Positions 57,957-64,000 of a DNA stretch of 64,000 nucleotides are shown here, one piece after another. Below the pieces are notes generated by a model. That model was not told the DNA's origin. It was given only the letters and a program-made list of their open reading frames with translations, and searched no databases. The position numbers were made by a program, and so were the translations under genes. Positions within the stretch are counted from its first letter, which is position 1; each line of letters starts with the position of its first letter. The DNA is taken from positions 1,587-65,586 of the forward strand of contig JAIDUV010000037.1 in the NCBI GenBank assembly GCA_029060025.1, written 5' to 3'. The DNA comes from Clostridia bacterium. GTDB taxonomy: Bacteria > Bacillota > Clostridia > Christensenellales > UBA3700.

Positions 57957-59108
57957 ATGAATATAAAATCAAAGAAGAGTTTAGTTTTCACTATATCTAT
58001 TGTTATCGTATTATTATTTGCATCAATCTTAGCGTTATCTATAGAACAAATTGACAAAATCAACGGCAATTATGTATCTAATGAGTGCGCAGCATTGGAA
58101 AATATCCAACTAAACAGCGCAATAAATGTGTCTAACGAAAATAATAATTACAATTTTAAGTTGTTTGGAATAATTCCAATAGGCAAAGCGCAAGAAAATA
58201 AATCTCAAAAGTACGTAATGCTTGGCGGTTATCCTATAGGTATTGCAATTAAAACAAACGGTCTCTATATCACTTCCAAGGTAAGTGTGGTGACAAAAGA
58301 CGGCGCAGTTTGTCCTGTAGACGATTTTGATATAAAGAGCGGAGATATTTTGCTAGAAATCGATAATCAAACCATAACTAGTGTAAATGATATTCCCTCT
58401 ATCATAGAGGATAAGAATCAAGTTACTTTAAAGATTAAGCGAAATGATGAGATAAAAGAGTATGTCGTCCAACCTGCTTTGGACGCCTTGAGCGGAAAAA
58501 ATAAACTTGGACTATTACTTCAAGATCAAATTGAAGGTATCGGAACAATGACTTATACCGATGGCAAGAACTTCTATGCGCTTGGACACACTATCAAAGA
58601 TATGAACGGTGATAACGTGGTTGCAAGCGGCGGAAGCATATTCAACGCTAATATCAATGGGTATGTCAAAGGACAAAAGGGAAGAGCCGGCGAACTCAAC
58701 GGTACTTTTGTGACATTAGATAAAGCGCTTGGCAATATTTCTGCCAACAATGATTTTGGTTTGTACGGTCAACTGAGTAAGGAATATCAAGGCGAACAAG
58801 TCTTGATGGGGTCTAAGTCGGATGCTCAACCAGGTACGGCGTATATATATACCACTATCAACGGTATGGAACCGCAGAAATATGAGATACAAATTATTAA
58901 GGCAAATAACCAAAATTGTCCATCTGAAAAGAGTATGGTATTGAGAATTGTTGACAAGAGATTATTGGATACGACAGGCGGAATTGTGCAGGGTATGAGT
59001 GGCAGTCCAATTATTCAAAACGGTAAATTGATTGGCGCAGTCACACACGTATTCACATCGGATCCTACAAAAGGATATGGCATATATGTTGATTGGATGA
59101 AGCCTTAA
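57957..59108 (+). CDS. spoIVB: SpoIVB peptidase (S55 signalling serine protease)
   Basis: N-terminal TM helix, PDZ region (GDILLEIDNQTI), S55 motifs GIGTMTYTD...FYALGH and GMSGSPIIQNGKLIGAVTHVF. The position after recN matches other spore formers. Confidence 0.92.
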   Translation: MNIKSKKSLVFTISIVIVLLFASILALSIEQIDKINGNYVSNECAALENIQLNSAINVSNENNNYNFKLFGIIPIGKAQENKSQKYVMLGGYPIGIAIKTNGLYITSKVSVVTKDGAVCPVDDFDIKSGDILLEIDNQTITSVNDIPSIIEDKNQVTLKIKRNDEIKEYVVQPALDALSGKNKLGLLLQDQIEGIGTMTYTDGKNFYALGHTIKDMNGDNVVASGGSIFNANINGYVKGQKGRAGELNGTFVTLDKALGNISANNDFGLYGQLSKEYQGEQVLMGSKSDAQPGTAYIYTTINGMEPQKYEIQIIKANNQNCPSEKSMVLRIVDKRLLDTTGGIVQGMSGSPIIQNGKLIGAVTHVFTSDPTKGYGIYVDWMKP

Positions 59109-59430
59109 ATGACTAATATTTCTCAATTAACTTGAATAGTATTCTTATTTAAGTTAAATATTAGAATAATTGGCAAGCAAATACTATATATTAGGCTGCT
59201 AGCCAATTATTATTTATATAGCGTTCATACATAATTTTGTGCTATTGCTAAATAAATCTTTTTATATTTCCTCAAGTAAATAAACGGTTAGTAGAACTTA
59301 TATGATTTTGTCAATTTAGATAATTTAGACTTGCGTTTAATATTTTTTGCTATACTTTGCGTATTTTAAATTTACTATTTTATCCATATTTTTTACAGGT
59401 TCATTGGCTACTTTTATAGCGTCGAAATTC

Positions 59431-59459
59431 TTGCTAAAAATAAAATTATATTGTATAAT
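59431..59459 (+). promoter_or_regulatory. Sigma-A-type promoter of purB (TTGCTA-N17-TATAAT)
   Basis: TTGCTA at 59431-36 and TATAAT at 59454-59. Confidence 0.55.
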
Positions 59460-59489
59460 ATATTCATTAACAATGTTTAGGAGAAAAAT

Positions 59490-60920
59490 ATGTCAACAAA
59501 TTACGTAGACCCATTGACTACAAGATACGCAACAAAACCTATGCTTGAGCAGTTTTCCGAAAAAACCCGTATGATTTTGTGGAGAAAGTTATGGCTTGCT
59601 CTTGCAGAGAGTGAAAAACAACTTGGATTAAATATCACAGACGAACAGTTGGATCAAATGCGCGCGCATCTTGAAGATATAAATTTTGACGTTGCAAAAG
59701 AGAGGGAAAAAGTCGTCAGACACGACGTTATGGCGTACGTATACGCTTACGGTCAGCAATGTCCTAAGGCAATGCCTATTATTCACCTTGGAGCAACAAG
59801 TTGTTACGTCACAGACAATTCAGACGCGATTATTTATCACGACGCGCTTATTTTGGTAAAGAATAAACTTGTCAACGTAATGGATAAGTTGGCAAAATTT
59901 GCATTAAAATATGCTGATATGCCTACTTTAGGCTTTACGCATCTTCAACCGGCGCAACTTGTCACTGTCGGAAAAAGAGCGGCGCTTTGGCTGCAAGAAC
60001 TTCAAATGGACTATGAAAATCTTCAATTTGTCATAGACAATACCAAATTGAGAGGAGTGAAGGGAACTACCGGAACTCAAGCAAGTTTCCTTCAATTATT
60101 TGACGGAGACCACGAGAAGGTTAAGAAATTAAATAAACTAGTCGTAGAAAAAATGGGATTTAGCAAGACTTTTGACGTAAGCGGACAAACATATAGTAGA
60201 AAATATGATTATAATATCTTATCTGTTTTGTCACAAATTGCTCAAAGCGCGTATAAATTTGCAAACGATTTAAGAATTTTGCAAAATATGAAAGAGATGG
60301 AAGAGCCTTTCGAAAAAAATCAAATAGGATCTTCTGCTATGGCATACAAGCGCAATCCTATGAGAAGCGAGAGAATATGTTCGCTTGCAAGATACGTTAT
60401 GACGTTGCCGGCAAACGCAGCGAATACTGCCGCAACCCAGTGGTTTGAACGTACTCTTGATGATTCTGCAAATAGAAGACTTGTTATGGCTCAAGCATTC
60501 CTATCTATAGATGCAATACTTGAAATATATATGAACGTAGCCGACGGAATGGTGGTGTATGAAAACACTATTAACAAGCACATTATGGCTGAATTACCGT
60601 TTATGTCTACAGAAGTTATTCTTATGGAATGTGTAAAAGCAGGCGGAGACAGACAGGAATTGCACGAAAAAATCAGAGTACATTCTATGGAAGCATCAAA
60701 GATGGTCAAGCAATTCGGCAAAGACAACGATTTGATTGAAAGAATTAAAAACGATAAGTCTTTTGCAGCAATCAATGACAAAATTGACAGTATCCTTGAT
60801 CCTAAAAACTTTATCGGTCGCGCAAAAGAGCAGACTATAGAGTATATCAACGATGTAATCAATCCAATTCTTAAAGAAAATAAAGAAGTATTGGGATTGA
60901 ACGGACAAGTAAACGTATAA
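59490..60920 (+). CDS. purB: Adenylosuccinate lyase
   Basis: 476-aa fumarate-lyase fold with GSSAMAYKRNPMRSE signature and TRYATKPM N-terminus. Confidence 0.94.
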   Translation: MSTNYVDPLTTRYATKPMLEQFSEKTRMILWRKLWLALAESEKQLGLNITDEQLDQMRAHLEDINFDVAKEREKVVRHDVMAYVYAYGQQCPKAMPIIHLGATSCYVTDNSDAIIYHDALILVKNKLVNVMDKLAKFALKYADMPTLGFTHLQPAQLVTVGKRAALWLQELQMDYENLQFVIDNTKLRGVKGTTGTQASFLQLFDGDHEKVKKLNKLVVEKMGFSKTFDVSGQTYSRKYDYNILSVLSQIAQSAYKFANDLRILQNMKEMEEPFEKNQIGSSAMAYKRNPMRSERICSLARYVMTLPANAANTAATQWFERTLDDSANRRLVMAQAFLSIDAILEIYMNVADGMVVYENTINKHIMAELPFMSTEVILMECVKAGGDRQELHEKIRVHSMEASKMVKQFGKDNDLIERIKNDKSFAAINDKIDSILDPKNFIGRAKEQTIEYINDVINPILKENKEVLGLNGQVNV

Positions 60921-60946
60921 CCGTCATATATTCAAAATCAATTCCG

Positions 60947-61252
60947 CGATACCGCGATTCGTAAGGAACAGAGCGACGGCATAGCGAACGAAGTGAGCGT
61001 CACACGCAACTGTCACACAAAGCGGAACATTGCTGATTGAAGTGCGTCTATAATGAAAAACAACCTTGTATAAGGTTGTTTTGGCAGGGGAAACTCTATT
61101 ACAAATCGATACCGCGATTCGTAAAAAGCAGAGCGACGGTATAGCGAACGAAGTGAGCGTCACACGCAACTGTTGCGCAAAGCGGAACATTGCTGTTTGA
61201 AGTGCGTCTATAATGAAAAAACAACCTTGTGTAAGGTTGTTTTGGCAGGGGA
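60947..61252. repeat. Tandem direct duplication (2 x ~145 bp, period 160 bp) containing the tRNA-Trp 3' end and terminator
   Basis: Copy 1 is 60947-61091 and copy 2 is 61107-61252. They differ by about nine substitutions and one 1-nt indel by eye. Both end in TGGCAGGGGA, the reverse complement of the last 10 nt of tRNA-Trp. Confidence 0.85.
61215..61241 (-). terminator. Rho-independent terminator of tRNA-Trp (minus strand)
   Basis: Minus-strand AACAACCTT-acac-AAGGTTGTT followed by T6. A duplicate hairpin lies at about 61056-61081. Confidence 0.8.
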
Positions 61253-61317
61253 GACGCGATTCGAACACGCAACCAATGGTTTTGGAGACCACTACTCTAC
61301 CGTTGAGCCACTCCCCT
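61243..61317 (-). tRNA. trnW: tRNA-Trp (anticodon CCA), CCA end encoded
   Basis: Manual fold of the minus strand AGGGGAG-TG-GCTC-AACGGTA-GAGT-A-GTGGT-CTCCAAA-ACCAT-TGGTT-GCGTG-TTCGAAT-CGCGT-CTCCCCT-G-CCA. It forms a 7-bp acceptor stem, a TTCGAAT T-loop and a CCA anticodon, 75 nt in total. Confidence 0.9.
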
Positions 61318-61345
61318 AAAAATAATAAGTTAAAACTTCTTAAAC

Positions 61346-61374
61346 ATTATATTAAATCTTTTAGGAAGTGTCAA
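61346..61374 (-). promoter_or_regulatory. Perfect consensus sigma-A promoter for tRNA-Trp (TTGACA-N17-TATAAT on the minus strand)
   Basis: Plus-strand TGTCAA at 61369-74 and ATTATA at 61346-51, with a 17-nt spacer. The tRNA 5' end lies about 29 nt downstream of the -10 box. Confidence 0.75.
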
Positions 61375-61403
61375 GAGAAAAAAAGTAATTTGGAGTTAAT
61401 TTT

Positions 61404-62192
61404 ATGAATTATAAATACAAACTTGGATTTATTGGTTGCGGCAATATGGCAAAAGCCATAATAAATGGGTTATTGGACAGCAATTTACTCTCAACTAAAG
61501 ATATTTTTGTATCAACGCCCAGCATAAGCGCTCCGTATAGAGAAGTGCCATTCACCAATGATAACCAAGAGGTTGCATCAAATTGCGAGTACGTCATATT
61601 GGCAATCAAACCACAGATTTTTAAGGCAATCTCAGAAGACTTGGCAAATATTAAGAGTAAATGCGTAATTTCCATTATGGCAGGTGTAAACACCGATACG
61701 ATTGCCAAAGTATGCAATTGCAATCAAGTCATCCGCATTATGCCTAACACGCCTTGCTCAATTGGCGAAGGCGTAAGCGCAATAACCTCATTCAACGCCG
61801 ACGAAGAAAGCAACGATTTTGTTGAAAGCATTTTTAAGACAATCTCAAAGGTTGTCAGAGTAGAGGAAAAGTATTTTGATGCAGTTACTTCTATAAGCGG
61901 CAGCGGACCGGCGTACGTCTATTATTTTATCAAAGCAATGATAGACGGAGGCGTTAAGGGCGGATTGAGTTTTGAACAAAGTAAAGAACTGACGATAGCC
62001 ACAATGATCGGCGCAAGCAAAATGGTGGAAAATTCAAGTGAAGAATTGGACACATTGATCCAAAAAGTATGCTCAAAAGGCGGCACTACAATTCAAGCAA
62101 TCGACACATTTAGAGAAAAATCCGTAGATAAAAGTATTATCGAAGGTATAGATAAATGTCGCAAAAGAAGCGAGGAATTGAGCAAAGTATGA
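61404..62192 (+). CDS. proC: Pyrroline-5-carboxylate reductase
   Basis: GFIGCGNMAKAII Rossmann motif and SKGGTTIQAI C-terminal motif. Confidence 0.94.
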   Translation: MNYKYKLGFIGCGNMAKAIINGLLDSNLLSTKDIFVSTPSISAPYREVPFTNDNQEVASNCEYVILAIKPQIFKAISEDLANIKSKCVISIMAGVNTDTIAKVCNCNQVIRIMPNTPCSIGEGVSAITSFNADEESNDFVESIFKTISKVVRVEEKYFDAVTSISGSGPAYVYYFIKAMIDGGVKGGLSFEQSKELTIATMIGASKMVENSSEELDTLIQKVCSKGGTTIQAIDTFREKSVDKSIIEGIDKCRKRSEELSKV

Positions 62193-62644
62193 AGAATGTA
62201 ACAATATATACAGACGGAGCCTGCTCAGGAAATCCGGGCATAGGCGGTTGGGGCGCGATTTTGATTTATAACGGACACGAGAAAGAATTGAGCGGTTACA
62301 ACAAAGACACGACCAACAATCGAATGGAAATGTTTGCTGTCATTCAGGGATTGAGTGCCCTCAAAGAGCCTTGCGAAGTACAAGTTTACAGTGATTCGGC
62401 TTACGTATGCAACGCTTTTTCCGAAGGTTGGGTAAAACAATGGGAGCAAAACAATTGGAAGACGTCCAACAAAACTGCCGTTAAAAACGACGACTTATGG
62501 AAGCGCTTGCTACTTCTTATGGCAAAGCATAAGGTGCAGTATATCAAAGTCAAAGGGCACGCCGACAATGAGTACAACAATCGGTGCGATAGGTTGGCTA
62601 CCGACGCAATCAAGCGAGTGAAAAAAAATTTAGATTTACAATAA
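62189..62644 (+). CDS. rnhA: Ribonuclease HI
   Basis: IYTDGACSGNPGIGGWG, NNRMEM, KGHADNEYNNRCDRLA. ATGA overlap with proC. Confidence 0.93.
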   Translation: MKNVTIYTDGACSGNPGIGGWGAILIYNGHEKELSGYNKDTTNNRMEMFAVIQGLSALKEPCEVQVYSDSAYVCNAFSEGWVKQWEQNNWKTSNKTAVKNDDLWKRLLLLMAKHKVQYIKVKGHADNEYNNRCDRLATDAIKRVKKNLDLQ

Positions 62645-62647
62645 AAG

Positions 62648-62669
62648 TAGGGCGCAAGTCCTATTTTTT
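62648..62669 (+). terminator. Rho-independent terminator after rnhA
   Basis: TAGGGC-GCAA-GTCCTA (GNRA loop) followed by T6. Confidence 0.75.
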
Positions 62670-62739
62670 GATTGTTTGATAAATATTTTTATATAATGTA
62701 ATTATTTTTTAACCAACTGCTTATAATATTTATAAGATT

Positions 62740-63705
62740 ATGACTCTAAGATCAAGATATATTTCCTTAATTACTGTTTTTATCGCTCTAATAGTGTACA
62801 ATATTACGCTATTATATACCTTTGCCAAGTTTGATATCAACTTTTATATAAAAATCATCAGCCTTGTACTTAACGTTCCGATATTGATATCTGCGCTCAC
62901 CGGAGTAATTGGAAATTATCAACAATGCGTCAGATGGGTATTGAGTATTAGCGTACTCTTAGCGCTCACTTCGATATGCTATTATATCGTATTAAAATTT
63001 GATTTAATATCAAAATTCGACAGCACAGAAAAAGTTCAAGCCTTCTTGTCAAAGTATGGGGCATACGCGGGAATAATATTCGTTATCGTACAGTTTTTGC
63101 AGGTGACAATCATCCCTCTACCTGCTGCTATTACTACGTTGGCGGGAGTAGCATTGTTTGGATTTTGGCCTACATTTTTTTACAGCGTGATAGGTACAAT
63201 GATAGGCTCTATGCTGGCATTTTATCTAGGTAGAAAATTTGGAGTAAAACTCATTATCTGGTTATTCGGAAAAAACTCCTATGATAAGTACGTCAAGTTT
63301 ACTCAAGGAAAAGACAAGATAGTCTTGACTCTTATGTTCTTTTTCCCATTTTTCCCAGACGATTTGTTGTGCATCGTCGCGGGCATAACAGATATGAAAT
63401 ATTGGCAATTCTTTATAATTATGCTTATTACGAGACCGTTGAATATTCTTATATTAGAAGGAGCGCTCAAAGGTTTTGCGGCAATTCCATTGACAGGTTA
63501 CGGCATACCAATATGGATTGCAATAATAGCAGTGGCTTTGATAGCAGTAGTATTGGCATTTAAATACAGCAATAAATTAGAAAAAGCATTGATGTCTTTT
63601 TTTGATAAAATTTCATCCAAGATAAAGAAAAGAGAGAAGTTTAAATTAAAGGAAATATACTCCCAATCCAAATCGTGCTACGATAAAAGAAACATAATAA
63701 AATAA
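62740..63705 (+). CDS. TVP38/TMEM64 (DedA-related) family membrane protein with an extra N-terminal membrane segment
   Basis: The core VIVQFLQVTIIPLPAAITTLAGVALFG...GSMLAFYLGRKFG is typical of the family. About 100 additional N-terminal hydrophobic residues are present. Confidence 0.7.
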   Translation: MTLRSRYISLITVFIALIVYNITLLYTFAKFDINFYIKIISLVLNVPILISALTGVIGNYQQCVRWVLSISVLLALTSICYYIVLKFDLISKFDSTEKVQAFLSKYGAYAGIIFVIVQFLQVTIIPLPAAITTLAGVALFGFWPTFFYSVIGTMIGSMLAFYLGRKFGVKLIIWLFGKNSYDKYVKFTQGKDKIVLTLMFFFPFFPDDLLCIVAGITDMKYWQFFIIMLITRPLNILILEGALKGFAAIPLTGYGIPIWIAIIAVALIAVVLAFKYSNKLEKALMSFFDKISSKIKKREKFKLKEIYSQSKSCYDKRNIIK

Positions 63706-63712
63706 ATCTATA

Positions 63713-63741
63713 TAAAAAAGAAGGTAAGTCCCTTCTTTTTT
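63713..63741. terminator. Bidirectional terminator between convergent genes
   Basis: An A-run, AAGAAGG-taagtc-CCTTCTT, then a T-run. It is usable on both strands. Confidence 0.75.
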
Positions 63742-63753
63742 AATATCAAAATT

Positions 63754-64000
63754 TTAATTGACGTGATACTTATATGTTCTATACAACAACGTATATATTA
63801 TTGAAAACAATGGAATATTGAATAGCAGTACGCTTGGCAATATTATAGTGCGTTCCATAGACATATAATCATTTATATTAGCGCTAAATTCTACAAATCC
63901 CATCAATGCAAAGACTATTGGCATAGTCACGACTGGCAAAAGTGAGATCAAAAATGACGTCTTTGGATTATAGTTTGCCAAAGATTTTCGCGTAGGATCG
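63754..64000 (-). CDS. Hypothetical membrane protein, 3' part only (frame open to window end)
   Basis: The minus-strand frame has no stop between 63982 and 64000. The translated part is two hydrophobic helices. No family was recognised. Confidence 0.35.
   Translation of the reverse strand, partial: DPTRKSLANYNPKTSFLISLLPVVTMPIVFALMGFVEFSANINDYMSMERTIILPSVLLFNIPLFSIIYTLLYRTYKYHVN

Noticed and set aside
60947-61252. Possible CRISPR array
   Set aside because: There are only two copies of a 145-bp unit with a 15-nt spacer and no cas genes. The geometry is incompatible with CRISPR. No other regularly spaced short repeats were seen in the window.
60924-61407. 122-aa minus-strand ORF and 64-aa plus-strand ORF over the tRNA region
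   Set aside because: They span the tandem duplication and the tRNA-Trp gene itself. The internally repeated peptide simply reflects the DNA duplication.

Overview
This is an AT-rich (roughly 40% GC by eye) chromosomal core region of an endospore-forming Firmicute, probably Clostridia-like. About 65 genes are tightly packed and almost all lie on the + strand. The order follows classical Bacillus/Clostridium synteny blocks. First comes a 5'-partial giant cyclic-beta-1,2-glucan-synthase-like gene, rarA and an ABC exporter pair. Next are ruvX-yebC-proA-ruvCAB-queA-tgt-yajC, then rpsB-tsf-pyrH-frr-uppS-cdsA-dxr-rseP-ispG, then rimP-nusA-ylxR-ylxQ-infB-rbfA-nrnA-truB-ribF, then pepP-efp. After those come the complete spoIIIAA-AH operon and asp23-nusB-folD-xseAB-ispA-dxs-tlyA-nadK-argR-recN-spoIVB. 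The window ends with purB, tRNA-Trp (minus strand), proC, rnhA and a TVP38-type membrane protein. Five things are not explained by routine annotation. (1) A 57-aa SCIFF-type six-cysteine peptide gene is missed by the ORF track and sits directly upstream of its radical-SAM/SPASM maturase. (2) A 532-aa 'mini-PolC' (PolC N-domain + OB fold + DEDDh exonuclease, no PHP or polymerase modules) occupies the slot where full-length polC normally sits. (3) A dispersed family of short intergenic hairpin repeats shows compensatory stem changes and fills most of the efp-spoIIIA spacer. (4) Longer imperfect-hairpin elements lie 3' of queA, the polC-like gene and efp; the efp copy competes for pairing with the efp terminator. 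(5) A ~145-bp tandem duplication carries the 3' end and terminator of tRNA-Trp. All protein calls rest on motif recognition and synteny by eye. No database search was run.
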